From the NCBI GenBank assembly GCA_040954595.2, contig CM082584.2:792281-856280 (forward strand): a DNA stretch of 64,000 nt, in the 5' to 3' direction. Of this stretch, positions 12,801-26,131 are shown piece after piece (position 1 is the stretch's first letter; each line of letters starts with the position of its first letter). Source of the stretch: Balanoglossus misakiensis. Lineage: Eukaryota > Animalia > Hemichordata. The position numbers were made by a program, and so were the translations under genes. The notes below the pieces were generated by a model. That model did no database searches and was not told the origin of the DNA. It saw only the letters and a list, made by a program, of their open reading frames with translations.

Positions 12801-15149
12801 CATTACACATTGGCTGTGTTTGCCAGTACTTTTTAGCTGGTCACACTGCCTTAACACAATGTATTCTCAAAATACTCTGCAATCTTTATGAAGCATATAC
12901 AGCAGACAAAGTTGTGGTAAGACTGAACTTGCCCTTCTTTGTGATTAAAGCATGACCAGCCTGTCTTAGGTGGCCCCTACCTAGGGGCTTTACCCGTCAT
13001 TGGCTCACAGTCTGAGAAATCAGCTCTGCAGGGAAGTTAACGATGTAACCCACCATTAAAGCTTGGATTTCTGCTTTTTGTATTTGATGCCTGGCTGAGG
13101 CCTTCTTAGGATCTACCCAACGCTGAGTAGGCTATCCCGTCATTGGCACACAGTCTCAGGGAGGGAGTCAAAAGTTCAGTATACCATCAAAGCCTTTATA
13201 TTGTCCATTCTTTTTAAGAGAAGGCTGGCTGCTGTAGAAAAATGTTGATCTCAAATTTATCATGTCCAAAAAGCCAGACTTCCAGCCCTATTGGTTAGGC
13301 TGGCATTAGGTAAGTACATAATTAATGAGGCAAGACATAATACTCAATCAAATAGTTCCATCACTCCAAGTGTCAAGGTTGTATCTGCTCCGGATGCTAA
13401 AATATAGGAATGTAGGTCAAAGTTTACCCAAGATCACACAAATGTTTGTCAAAAGATTTTGACCCCGAAGTTGTCCATGTCCAGGTTTCTACATCAGCTG
13501 AATAGCCTAGAATTAGATATGCACATATTTAACGAGGTTACCATTGCTCAGGGGGGTCTTAAATTAACCATCAAATTTTAGTTTCATATTAATGCATATT
13601 AATATAAAACACTGTATCTCTAACCCTACAGGTAAGCCTAGAATTAGGTACATGTACATGCGTAAGTTTTTGACAAGACAGTTAAGCTGTAATATATGTA
13701 CATGAACCTTGACAATTGACTTAAAATAACATAAAGGCAGAACTGATACTGATTGGAGATAGATATTACTAATGACAGTGATGTTAATTACACCAGGAAT
13801 GTTTGTCTTAGTATACGGTAGCTTACCGACTGCTTGAGGTTAAGTAATGAAAGTGCCCACTTGCGATTCACCTTCAAATAGCTACTTAGTCTTTGGTACA
13901 TGTACATTGTTTTTCCAATGATTAGACAAATGATATACATATGTGTAATTAAGGTTGGGTAGCATTTTCAATGTAATAAGCCCTGCCTTCACTATAATCT
14001 TACACCAAATCAACACTGTTCAGTAATGTGATAGGCTTCAAAGTGACGCTAGTTACATCATAATTCCCAGCAAGGGGTATTAGTTTATTGGGCAAGTGGC
14101 ATGAGTGAGGCCAGACATTAGTTTTGGAAGCAAAGCGGACAGAACACTGCCGGGCATAGACTAGGTAGTTCTGAATGTGACCAAGGACGTTACCACATTA
14201 GACTCTGTATTGTAAGTTTCTGAAGAATCGCAAAAAATCATCAACAGTCTACATGTACTTCAACCTTGTGAGAAGTACTGTATAACACACAGGATATACT
14301 AGTCACTGTTGGTCAGGTTATTACACACTGTGGTCCCATCTGGGGATTACACAAAATTAGGTATGTCTGTGTTCATGGGAAAAATCATGTGACATTGGCA
14401 AGCAGATATGACCTACTGTAAGAACATTTCAAAGGAACCAGACAAGTATTTTAGGGAAAACAACATTCAACAATGACAAAAACTGCCTCAAACCACATAT
14501 ATCCAACTATCAACAAATTGTATAATATCTACTTCAATCACCACGCCTACCAAAGTTGAAAGCAATCTGACTAGTAGTTTCAAAGAATACAAATTGCAAA
14601 AATTGCCCCAAGACCACAATATGTAAATTTCACCAAAATGATATACAACATTACTTGGGTTACCTCTTGGAACAAGCATACCAAAATTTGAAAGCAATCT
14701 AAGGAGTTTCTCAGAAAATGAATTTTGACCAAACATGACAGATTACAAATTCTGCGACAATTTAAACAAAACTAACTAAGATCACCTACCGGAAGTGTCA
14801 TACTAAATTCTAAAGAAATCAGCCAATCTCTTTAAGAGGAAAAGATTTTTTTTCAAATGGTAAAACAAGACAAAATAATTGCATAAAAAATAGACAATTC
14901 ACGATATAAACTCAAAGTATATCAGGTATGATGACATTACCAACATGCATACAAATGTGTAAAGCAGTCTAACCAGTTGTTGAGTTTTGATCAATTCCAC
15001 ATATTTCACAGGTTATTTGCGTATTTTTGCAATGACAACTTCATTTAAGCAAAATCCCATCTACACACCAAATATCAAGGTGATACGCGAAGTGGTTTCA
15101 TGTTTTGGATCAGGGCAGACATACATCCATATATACATGTAACATGCAT

Positions 15150-15253
15150 ACACACATGTACACACACACACAAACACATGCATACATGCATACATACATA
15201 CATACATACATACATACATACATACATACATACATACATACATACATACATAC
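15150..15253 (+). repeat. (CA)n/(TACA)n microsatellite at the end of a Helentron-type (HINE-like) repeat
   Basis: Perfect TACA run preceded by CACCAAATATCAAGGTGATACGCG, a segment shared with ~22548-22570 and, inverted, with ~28110-28140. Confidence 0.85.
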
Positions 15254-15304
15254 AGAGGGAAACGGTCTGGTAATCAATGTTGTGACACTAGCATTAGGCC
15301 TTAA

Positions 15305-15744
15305 ACCCGGGTGCGGAAAGCACTGGGGTTCGGATTAACGTGTGTTTGTACAGTTGTTTATTTGGGAGTGGTCGTCATGCATAATAACTGTGTAATTGAT
15401 CTCATGTACATAGAAAATAATTGAACACTTTACACCTCTATGCGATTGACAGCTGTTTGAATGGTGTGGTTATTGTTTCCCAGGGATGCTTCTGAAAAGC
15501 ACTGAAACCAGATTTCTCCCAAAATCATCGTTGTTTCAAAAGCTCGTGTACTTTTTCATCGATAACTTTATGTTGTGTGTGTTTATAAAGCCAACCACTG
15601 TCGTTGTGTGGTGTAATTCTTTATGCTTGGATCTGTTTGGGCCGATTTTCATAGAGCCAAGATCATTGGTGTTGTCTGTTGTCAGTCAAACGGCATTAAG
15701 ATTCGCCACTGATTTGGGTGGTCTTTTATACCACGCATCGGGGT
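15305..15744. mobile_element. Non-autonomous DNA transposon (MITE) with TTAA target-site duplication
   Basis: TTAA at 15301-15304 and 15745-15748. Imperfect TIR ACCCGGGTGCG / CGCATCGGGGT. The other arm shows the empty site GGCC-TTAA-TGTATAC (~27966-27980, minus). Confidence 0.85.
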
Positions 15745-16682
15745 TTAATGTTTACGATATCAGGACAATTTATATCATATGAAGTTTTATGTATTCATAA
15801 TTATTCAGAGAAGCAAATTTTTAAAAATGTGAAATTGTTATCAATAGGATGTGCACTGACAGCATGCTTATATGGAATACAGGTACTCTAACACAATCAG
15901 TCATAACACTTTTGAATCATCAATAAATAACATATAGAATAATTTTACAGGATTTAATTATTTATATTTGAACGCAAAGCGTAAATTCCCTTGTGCCATG
16001 GAATTCACAATCTGCAACTGGTGGGGTCCTTCTGCCAGTAAGAAGCATCAGATAAATTCTGCATGCTCATCACCGAGGCAATTTAGGTGTACTTTTGTAC
16101 TTTGAGAACTGTCAGTTTTCGCAACTGAAACTCTGCTCACAGGACAGAGGAAAAACTAGAATGACAACAGCTATGTAAGCTAACAAAAGAAACACAGAGC
16201 ATAGTTCTCCATACTCATATTTTAATGCAATAATTTTTGCTGAAATTGGGGCGTCTGTGGGCAGGCAAAGGCAGTTCTAACTCAACTTGCAAATCAGGCC
16301 CATGTCTCTTGTTCCCTGAGACTGTCTGGTTCTAATAATTGCTGTAAGAACATAATCGTTGACCAAACGGTTGGTTCAATTTTGCAACATTTTATGATTT
16401 CAAGCTGTGCAATATTTGCAACTCTGTTTCAACTTTGGTTGGAGGGATGATGATGAAGCCATTTCACTGACAAAATAGCACTACTAACTGACATCCATAT
16501 TTGTTTACAGTCAAATGCATTGCCATCAGAAAAATGCATACGAAAAAATTCTTATGTGAATAATACACACTTTCTTGCACAACTGCAAACTCTGTCACAT
16601 TTGTGAAATTTTAAGGAAATTCATTCATTGGGTAGCTTTATGAATTCTTAAACAAACTTAGTCATGAAACCTAAATGGTTAC

Positions 16683-17388
16683 CTTACACATCTGGCGGCT
16701 CGACTTCTGTGATATGATAGTCTTCAATTAATGTGTATGTGATTCCATACAAATCCATATGATTACCTGAACGTACAAAATAAATAAAAAATAAAAAATA
16801 AATTAAAAATAAATAAGTATCTCATACATATGCATAAGTGCTTGTGATAAATATATCCTGTATTTAAATAAACCTGTCATTTATTGACCTCGTTTTCCTA
16901 TTAACCCAAAGGACTAGATTGCGCTGTAATATTATTACAGCTTCATTTCAATGCAACAGGTACACTACATCATATTGGAGCAAATATGCCAGCTCAACAT
17001 TGATATAAAGAGTGTCAAAATATTGGTGGCTACAAAAGCTTGTGTCCCTTCAATCCATCCTCGCACTCAGGTGAAAACGAACGTCATTAGTTTTTGGGAA
17101 AAAACCTCTGAAATCAATTTCGGTGAGGCCAAATGTGTTTCAAAGGCAAACCGTTTCTGGTAAACAAATCAATGGCAAATAATTACTTCGGCGACATACC
17201 AATCAGTCAACATGGCTGCCTAATCGTTGGATAGCCCAGTTTCATCTCGCGACCATTCTATCTTCCGATATGGCGTTGCATGGTTAAATTCGTCTCTTCT
17301 TTGCCGACATAGTCAGGCGACAACGGTCCAGAAGCATAGGCAGCGACGCCATCTTGTTTACAATGTGAAGTATTGACTGCGCATGCTC
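16683..17388 (-). ncRNA. Putative spliced non-coding (or micropeptide) transcript 5' region, left-arm copy
   Basis: NRF1-like TGCGCATGCTC at 17378-17388, YY1 CAAGATGGCG, GTATGT donor near 17197, and an ~84-nt second exon at ~16683-16766 with AG/GT ends. Confidence 0.45.
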
Positions 17389-18444
17389 AATAATTTTCCG
17401 CGTTTTTTTTTTGCCAACGGCGCGCGCGCGGTGTCTGGTATAGAGAAAATAACATGCAAGTGCGCGATTATTTATTTGTAAAAAATCAGTTATACATTTG
17501 TCATCAACGTTTGAAAACTTTCAATGATCTTACCTCGGTAAGCATTTCAAATAGGTACACTTTTATTTAGAACCATCGTATGTGGAAAATAATAAAACAC
17601 AGAGTGGGGATTGGCCCTATGTTTGACTTGATCATACCCAGCTCGGTTTGCGTTTTGTCATTGACGAGGGTGTCAGACTTTTGCTGAGAGAGTGAGTTTC
17701 TATAGCGTAAACGTTTATCGACTGGACTTTCTGTGGCCGGGGAACACGTGCAACTTTTGATGACTGTTTTTCTAGCGCCGTGTTTTTATCTTACGACCTA
17801 GAATACCTGCTTTCGTCACCATGGTCTGCTCTGCACGTACTATGCTTTCCAGTTTATGTAGCTTGAAGTTGTACCACATTTTGGTTTCCGAGCTGTAGCG
17901 AACATAAAACCGAAACTAATAGCTACGTGTTGACCGCAGCGACTGCGTGTTTTTTTGTTGAGCTCGCTAAATTCCAAGTATTCCCAACCTACAGTTTATT
18001 CTCATGCAGCTCAGACTGAGGTCGCTTCTAAGAGAAAAAACAACAACATATTTTGGCTGTTGCCAGACCAGGAATGGAAAATCTTGAGTGGCGCTGGGCT
18101 GCATTTCTCTGTAGGACTGTAGTTGTATTGTGCAAGGGTTCGCCAGCATCGCCTTCAGACTTGTTGTCATAGTCACTGGTGGCGGTTTGTCCTGCACTAC
18201 TCGTCGTTCTATTTGATGTGGTGGTATTATTCTCAGATGTCTGTGCCGAGGATCCTGCCCGTTTTCCGATTCTCTTCGTTTTGTCGGCCATTTGCTTCAC
18301 TTTTTCCGTCATTGTTGCGACGTCAGTCTCTGTTGTTGTTCGAAGGAGGCGAAAGTCCATTCACCATTAATAGCCGAATTTCCAAGATCGTCCGTTAATT
18401 ACAATGCGACGTCACGCTACCATGTCCTAAGAAAGACTACAGGG

Positions 18445-18612
18445 CACATTTTTTTATCTCGTGCGCACGACTGACGTGTGCATGTGATATTTTCTCGTGA
18501 ACACGAGTGCGCTCGCAATTTTCTCGTGCGCACGAGATATGCACGAGATAGCATGTTTCTCGTGCACACGAGAAATCATCTCGCTGGAACAAGATACTAT
18601 CTCTTGCACAAG
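18445..18612. repeat. Array of short palindromes (TCTCGTGCGCACGAGA-like), probably a MITE remnant
   Basis: About six degenerate copies of ATCTCGTG-CG-CACGAGAT. Confidence 0.7.
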
Positions 18613-21099
18613 AAATAGAATAACTGGCAGCCACTATGATGTCTGCCACAGGCAAATTTAAATATTCCACTCTGGATCTTCTTTCAGCCCTTCGGAAAAC
18701 ATGAGCATTTATGAAATCCGGCTCTCAATTTTTCGAGAAGTTCCAGCAGTTGTGGTGTCGCCAAAAACGAATGTATGCCATTCCTGGCGGAAAAAAATAT
18801 GCAAGAGACGCTTGCAATACACTGCCATCTACCTGACCGCCCTACATGCCTTAATGTAAGGTAGAAGGTCGGGCGGTACGAAGAGTTCACCAAAAGAGGG
18901 CGCATTTTATCATCCATTGATTTATACTGTTTACGAGCAGAGAAGCCTCAGTGTTCGCGGTTAGAACCGTATCGGTAAGACAAAGACAGAAGAGTTGACA
19001 GACAACAAACTTATTCAGTTTATATCATATAATTCTTACTGTAAAACGTTCCCTGAATAAAGCCTTGTGCTCATAAGAACATTGAAGATTGTCGCATACA
19101 GACCGACACCCTTTTATCTATTGTAGGTATTGAATGGAACGCTAAATACCTGTGTATTTCTTATTCATTAAGCAATGATGTAACACAACAAGTTTCGGAC
19201 AGTGTGAAGGAAGGGCCAAAGCACTCTTGCAAGTTAGTGTGGTGTACTCTTTTCCAACACTGCTGCAAGCTGTTCAGCACCTGATGCTGCTTGTATCTCC
19301 GATGACAAATGGACAGTCTGTGTGCTGTCAAAGTAAATCCATCAATTTTGCGGAGCTGAAAGGAAAATGACAGCTTGTCAAACTCAAATCTGCCAGACGA
19401 AATAGGGAAAGAAATGCATAACAGGTAATCCACCATACTATGAATTTTAGCCTGCATCCTATGAAATGCGGTGAAACGGAACTGCAATTAATTTTAAATG
19501 AATTCTGCTCAAATTGTTTTCTTAGTTCTCAACATTGGATTGGAACCGTTAAATATAATGTACCGTATAACATTATCATACAGGTTAGTATGTCAAATAT
19601 TTTTCCATTTGGCATTTTCTTCTTGAGGTCATTTCAACAGTATACACACCACAGTTTGTGAGATATGGACAGAAACAAACAGGAATCTATGCAATGTTAT
19701 AATAGTATATTATTGTTAACAAGAAAGCGGCAACTCTCTGCCTGGCAGAGAATAATGATAGTCTTTTTGAAAAAAAAAGGGCGTGCTGAGGATATGGTCC
19801 GTCAAAAACATACATGTATAAGGTATGCCTGAACTAATTTTTAACATGGTGTACATAAATATTTATGCATTGTCACAATGACTGGAGGTCTTTAAATGAC
19901 CAAGCTGTATGGACACCTCATTCAATGTTACATATATTTGTTATTACATGTTTTATTGAAATTGCCAGTTGTCTGTTTTAATACTGGCAGTTCTGCTGTG
20001 TCTTTTGTCTTGCCCTGACAGAATGCAGTAATATTTGCAGTAAAAGAGGAGTGTCAGTAAATAGTGGAGCAATATCTTTCTACGAATGTACTCATGCATT
20101 GCTCCAAAGTGAAGTACATTTGCAAAACCAGTTTGGGAAATCGGGACTCTTTTCAAGATAATACCACATTTTTGTGGATGTCACATGACATGGAAACACG
20201 CTAGAATCACGATTGAGATAAGGTTTCGGTTTGATATACCACTTCCTTGTTATTTCAATCTGTATGTTTTCTTAACCCCCTCCCTCGAAAAAAGGTAATT
20301 GAGGTAATTGTAAAATTACCTGAAAACAAACAGGCTACTCTAGCCTCCAATTTATGAGGTTTGTGATGTAACATATTTTGAATTTCGTGAATCGATCAAA
20401 AGTTTCCGTGCACCAACTATCAAAACTACACCAAAAAATAATTTGGGCAATTCATAAGGAGAATCTAGTGGGTCAGCGGCTATAGAACTGACGTAAGTGT
20501 AAGTATCAGAGAATTGTGGGTACGAGGCTGGGAAGAGCAAAACTCGAACACTCATGAAATCTACACGTGACGCCAAATTCTTTGTAATATGAACAGTGGA
20601 AAACTGCCATGCCATCCCTCTAAGTGCAAACTTCCAAAGATTTCAATCTGGTGATATTTAAAAAAAATATTTTATTCAAATTCATGTGGTGATATTTAAA
20701 AAAAAATATTTATTCAAATTCATGTTATAAATTAATTTTGCATCTATGATATAGAAATGACTCTGTCTTATATAACAAAAATACAAATAACTTGGTTAGA
20801 TGACCAAAGATTTCCCATCTCGAAAAGTTTCTACCAAAATGACTATCTCCAAATCTGCTAAGAGAGCCCTAGCAAATTTAATCACTGCACATTACTCTCG
20901 ATAAAACGAAATATTGCGCATTCATTTTGTCCTTGAATTGAAATGCATGGCCAGTGTTCATAGACTTCACACACAGAGGATGTTTAAGGAGTTGAATTGT
21001 TATTGACAGCGACCAGGTCGGTAGATTCTATAGGATGAAGTAAAAATAGCGTCAAGGACACTGTGGTCCCATTTGAGGACATAAAACATAGCAACATAG

Positions 21100-22717
21100 C
21101 AATAAGCATATCTGCTCTGGATGCCAAGATATGGAAAAGTAGGTCAAAGGTCACCTGAGGTCATGCAAAATTTGGGCATAAAATTTTGACCTTATACTGG
21201 TCCATGTTCAACAAAAACCAAACCTATAGCCTTATTGGTTAGCCTGGAATTAGGTATGCACATAATTAATGAGATATGCAGGTGTCACAGGTGACCCCCA
21301 ATTTTGGCTTTTCAATGTTAGTCCCAACCCTCCAAACGCGAAGTCTGTACCTGCTCTGGATGCCAAGATATGATAAAGTAGGTCAAAGGTCACCTGAGGT
21401 CATGCAAAATTTGGGCAAGAAATTTTGACCTTATAATGGTCAATGTTCAATAAAAACCAAACCTATAGCCTTATTGGTTAGCCTGGAATTAGCTTTGCAC
21501 ATAATTAATGAGATATGCAGGTGTCACAGGTGACCCATATTTTGGCTTTTCAATTTTAGTCCCAACCGTCCAAACGCCAAGTCTGTACCTGCTCTGGATG
21601 CCGAGATATAGGAAAGTAGGTCAAAGGTCACCTGAGGTCACCCAAAATTTGGGCAAGAAATTTTGACCCTATACTGGTCCATGTCCCACAAGAACGAAAC
21701 CTCTAGCGTAAGCCCTATTAGTTAGCCCGGAATTAGGTATGCACATAATTAATGTGTTAAGCAGGTGTTACAGGTGAGCCAAAAATTTGCCTTTTATTTT
21801 GGCCCCATTGTGCTCACTGACCAATAGACAGTCACTGTACAGGACTATTGCACAGACCAGAATTCCACAATAAGACGTGGACATAGCTTAACCATAGAGG
21901 TATAAGTAAAGGTATAAATTTAATAAAAAGACTAAAAAATTTATAAAAAATAAAACATCCATGATATTAACTTAACACTTACAGGTCGATGTGAGGTTGA
22001 CATAAGGTACATGCATACCAATTTTTAAAGCAATCTGACCAGTAGTTGTTGACTTTCAGAGTTTTGATAAATTTCACATTTTACTGGCTAATTTGCATAT
22101 TTTTGGGCCTGGCAACTTCGTTTGGACAAACTCCCATCTACAGCCCTGCCTGCATCTGCACACCAAATATCACATTCTCGCAAGCCAGAGCCGACCGTGT
22201 TTCCGCTCCGCGGAGCTACGCAAAAAACGGGCTCTGGCAGATTACAGTAGGGAACCCCGGAATTTAGGACGTAGACTAATGAATTATTCATGAGAAACGA
22301 CATTGGAATTAGCCAATCAGTAGTCTGGATATCGCGAGCTCTTCGGCTGCTGTCAGCTTTAAATCCGCCATTTTGCACTGTCATTTAAATAAGTTATGCA
22401 GTTTTATGAGACGGGCTCTCTGATTGGTTCCTTTGTCTGGCTGCTGGAACTGACGCTGGGATCCGCGAAAACCTTCCAAATCCACCACGGCCTGTTGGCG
22501 GTAGCGCGTAGCAGTTGCCGTAAACAGGTCGTGGTTTTACGACGATGCAAATATCAAGGTGATACGCGCAGCGGTTTTCAAGTTTTTGATGTGGACGGAC
22601 ATACAGACATACATACATACATACATACATACATACATCCATACATACATCCATACAGACGCAACCCATCCCATAAGGTCCCATGGTATATAGGCCTATA
22701 CCAATGGGACCTAAAAA
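21100..22717 (+). mobile_element. Helentron-associated non-autonomous element (HINE-like) with internal ~239-bp tandem repeats
   Basis: Three ~239-bp units (CTGCTCTGGATGCC...AGGTCAAAGGTCACCTGAGGTCA at ~21112, 21351, 21589). GGAC/TACA microsatellite at ~22594-22660. Terminal hairpin AGGTCCCAT..ATGGGACCT (22676-22712) followed by an A-run. Confidence 0.65.
22173..22547. mobile_element. 375-bp non-autonomous element with 9-bp TSD
   Basis: CAAATATCA duplicated at 22164-22172 and 22548-22556. Imperfect TIR CATTCTCGCAAGCCA / TGGTTTTACGACGATG. Empty site in the related repeat at ~15066-15089. Confidence 0.8.
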
Positions 22718-23171
22718 TGAAAAGACAGTCAGTACATAGCTAAATTCTCCTATACAAGGGCGTCTTCAATTGGTACAGTGACTGACTGAATGGATGAATG
22801 AATGAATGAATGAATGATGAACGGATGAGTCGTAATAATATGCTTCAATCATAGGGGCTTTGAAAATTATTTAAAAAAAATAAAAAATAATGTACTCACA
22901 ACCGACATTTATACAACAGACAGCTCAAGAAACTCCTCCATGTGTACAATACTTTGCCAATTTAGTGACAACATCAGCTTGCAGAGCACGTGAGCACCGC
23001 TTTCGCCAGCCTGTGGTGCCCGCATATCTTTTTTGTTCAGCAGTAACATGCACGACACATGCAGAGACACAAACGTCCATGTTGCAAATTGTAGATGAAA
23101 GCATCAGCTGCGCTGGTTTTATGGTCAGCATCACTGGCTGTTACATGAAAACTGTTTGTCACATACCTTAA

Positions 23172-23966
23172 GATGGGTCCCTGGGATCTTTTTGCGCGTT
23201 GCTATGGGCCTTTATAGGACATTACACCCCGATTTGGACTAAGCCGTTTTCAGAGTCTAACAAGGGGCTGGTAACTAGTTGAAAATCTGCACGATTGTGA
23301 GCGCGCGCCCCCTGACGCCATTGATATGCAAATTAGCTAGGTCAAATTTCAAAAGCCTAAGGCTTTTTATTCCGTGACCTCAAAAACGAACTTGATGCGT
23401 ATTCATTAGTTGCTTGAACCAGGGAAGATCGTGACGGATTTTGTTTTCAAATATTATCGTTGTATCCTACGATTTCAGCATACCCGTACCACACCTGAAA
23501 AAGTCATCGATTTTGGGTGTTTTTGGACGCACTGTTCCACCGGTATCGCTTCTTAGCACGACGAAAACCGAAAAAACGATCCGTCACACTATGCGGAAGT
23601 GCGTTCTCAACAAGCAGGTCAAATTTGGCTGGCGTACATGGCCTATGAAAAAAGCCTTAGGGATTTTCGTGAACGGTACAAAATCTCTGTGTACAAAACA
23701 TTGGATTTTTAGCGTTCGATCCAGTTACTGTGGTTACAGGACGCGCACGCTATCGCTGACCGCTGCTTTGCCGTATTAGCGTGGCGGCCTATGGCCGGGC
23801 GGTAGCTGCCGTAACCATACTCGGACAGGGGGTGTGCACACAATCGTGCGTATTTTTAACTAGTTACAAGCCCCTTGTCGGACGTTCATAACGGTTTCGA
23901 TCAAAATTGAGTGTAGTGTCCTATAAAGGCCCATAGCAACGAGCAAAAAGATCCTAAGGACCCATC
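23172..23966. mobile_element. Kolobok-like non-autonomous DNA transposon (TTAA TSD, ~130-bp TIRs)
   Basis: TTAA at 23168-23171 and 23967-23970. TIR GATGGGTCCCTGGGATCTTTTTGCGCGTTGCTATGGGCCTTTATAGGACA... matches the reverse complement of the right end. Purine-purine terminus as described for Kolobok. Confidence 0.85.
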
Positions 23967-24694
23967 TTAACCAACATATACGTGTATCTGTATGGAAAGA
24001 AAGTAGGCTCACCCCCGGTACAATATTATTTTTTTTGCATGCACGCAATGGCCTGAATTTGCTAAACTGGGATCATCTGCGCGCATTTCAAAAAGTGCTC
24101 GTTGCTTAACTTCGTGTGCTTTATTACTACTCACAATTATTCCACTTGTGAACGAACACGTCACCCAATTTTACAGTGTAGCCATGTGGAAAACTGGTGA
24201 CAAGGTAATATTTCATTCGAAGATCAACCTACGTTCAGAAAGTTTGCATTGTGGTGAATTCTCACTGCTCTCGCAATGCGGTCTGTGGCTCACTGCCGCT
24301 GACCGCATTACACGTAGAAATAAATTCTGTACGTCACAGTTCGTAGGTCGCATAGGTCATGGAGTTAATCCATTATACATTGCGGCTTACAATTTCTCGT
24401 GACCCTCTTATCATGCAGCTTGTGTGTTACTGACCACTGACGCATGTCAAAACACTCAATATTTTTTTTAAATTTGCAAAATCTTTCATTTTAAAGTCGT
24501 GATACTCACTGCAGATAGCATTCTTTTCAGTAGGAACTATTTCTGCTGCCATTTCAATATTGTCTTTATTCCATGTAAATATATTTCCTCCAATTGAACA
24601 GTCCCCCGCCACAGCTGCAACCTCTTCTGCAGTCAGAACTTTTGACCACATGTATGTCATTTAGTCAAGACAATTTGGGAGAACTGTAGTTTAA

Positions 24695-25059
24695 AGCCTC
24701 CAAAGCTGCCACTTTTTGCATTATTTTCATGATTTTATTTTCCAACTTAAATTGGTTCATCAAAATAAGCTTACTGATAGGTATACATAAACATCTTATC
24801 GATGCCCGATTGTGACTGCATGTTGCAATTGGAACATGCTATGTATTAAAACGGTGCCTCACCGATTTAATAAGCCTTCATACAAACAATAGCAGCTAAG
24901 CAGCTATCGTGAAATGCGACGCCAAGTGATGACAAACCAATGCAAATGCAAGTAATATGGCTTAATGGTCACGGGTGAAGATTTTAGGGAATAGGGAATA
25001 TACATATGAAGTATTTTACTCTGGAAAAAAATATGCCAATTTTAGCAGCTATAGGGTTT
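24695..25059. mobile_element. Old dispersed repeat, possibly a TTAA-flanked MITE
   Basis: Related direct copy at ~31105-31365. TTAA on both sides and weak TIRs sharing AGCTGC/GCAGCT. Confidence 0.4.
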
Positions 25060-25652
25060 TTAAAGCGCGGGCGAAGTATGAACAGATGCAGTAAATATCG
25101 ATACATTGTATTTTGGAGGTTTCTCATAACCATGATTGGTTGGCTAATTATGCGGCGTTTTCTAAATAAAAGGAACAATATTAATTTATTGTTGGGGCTC
25201 ACCTCCGTTAACATATTGCCGTCTCTGCTGAGTGTTGGCCTCTTCCAGCGGCACGTGTTTGTCCTTTACGGCATGCTGTAAAATATTTAGAATAGCGCTG
25301 CCATTTGATCAAAGGATAAGCTGGCTTCGCGTCTTAGGGATGTGTGTCTGACGACTATGCCTCGAAGCAAAAGACACAGCCGACCCTGCCACGCAGATTC
25401 ATTTGTTGTGTCACACATTTTCGATCCAAGAAGAGAATATCAACCTTGACGTTGCGAAAATGACAAGAAACTTTCACTCATATAGGTTGTGTGATTACTT
25501 ACCCGCAACTTGTTGGGAATTGCTGTCACCAGAGGTGCCCCAGCGTGAAAGCCAGAATGACTGCGACGCCTGCATTGGAGTTCGTCATGAATGGAAACAT
25601 CGATGAACACGTTCGGTCTTCGATGAGGCTAGTGTCCACAGAATAGGCATTC

Positions 25653-25659
25653 TTTTATA
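25653..25659 (-). promoter_or_regulatory. TATA box of the pentraxin/WSC pseudogene
   Basis: TATAAAA on the minus strand ~53 nt upstream of the ATG at 25600. Confidence 0.45.
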
Positions 25660-26131
25660 ACGCAGCTGGGAGGTGGTAAATCCATTGTGATCACCATGCT
25701 ATTAGTAGCCCAAGCAGTCAAAATTTGCGAAAAATATATCAATATGGAAAAATATATCAATGGGATCAATAGTTATTAAGCACTTTTTAAAAACAAATGA
25801 CACCGTAAGATCAATTATCTTGTTTTCCGCGACAAGTTTCAACATGGTATGTCAGCGCTACCAGTGAATAATATTATTAGAAACTATGACAGCTGTAACC
25901 GTGCGATTAATGATTTGATCAATTTTAATCATATACTTGTAAATATTTGCGCGGGTGCAGGTTTAATAAACTGTGTTGATATATAGGTGGAAGACTGTTT
26001 AGTTTTCCAGTCAATTATGTGATGTATTACACCTGACGCTTAAATGATTTGGTCCAGGGAGAATAACCGTGTTTGGCCGGTCAAGCGAACCCTGGATCTT
26101 GCAGGCTCTGCCCACTTTCCAATCAACAACC

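Larger units (their letters stand above)
12802..17391. repeat. Left arm of a large inverted segmental duplication
   Basis: Colinear reverse complement of 26132-30445 over the whole length, with indels. Ends read ATTACACATTGGCTG... and ...CTGCGCATGCTCAAT. Confidence 0.95.
22900..25600 (-). pseudogene. Decayed gene for a secreted pentraxin + WSC-like protein
   Basis: Exon 25600-25503: hydrophobic signal-like GVAVILAFTLG, frameshifted, GTAAGT donor. Exon 25275-25203: AG/GT ends. Partial exon ~24660-24510: MWSKVLTAEEVAAVAGDCSIGGNIFTW, the pentraxin C-terminal pattern. Exon 23987-22900: WSC-like MDVCVSAC...RYAG..QAGE with frameshifts, split by a transposon. Confidence 0.6.

Noticed and set aside
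16445-16475. C/D-box snoRNA (ATGATGA...CTGA)
   Set aside because: The boxes are too close together and antisense to the candidate host transcript. The motif is altered in the third copy.
17967-18474. Overlapping ORFs including a 110-aa Thr/Ser-rich frame
   Set aside because: No recognisable domain or clear splice structure. It could be a decayed element ORF but I cannot support this.
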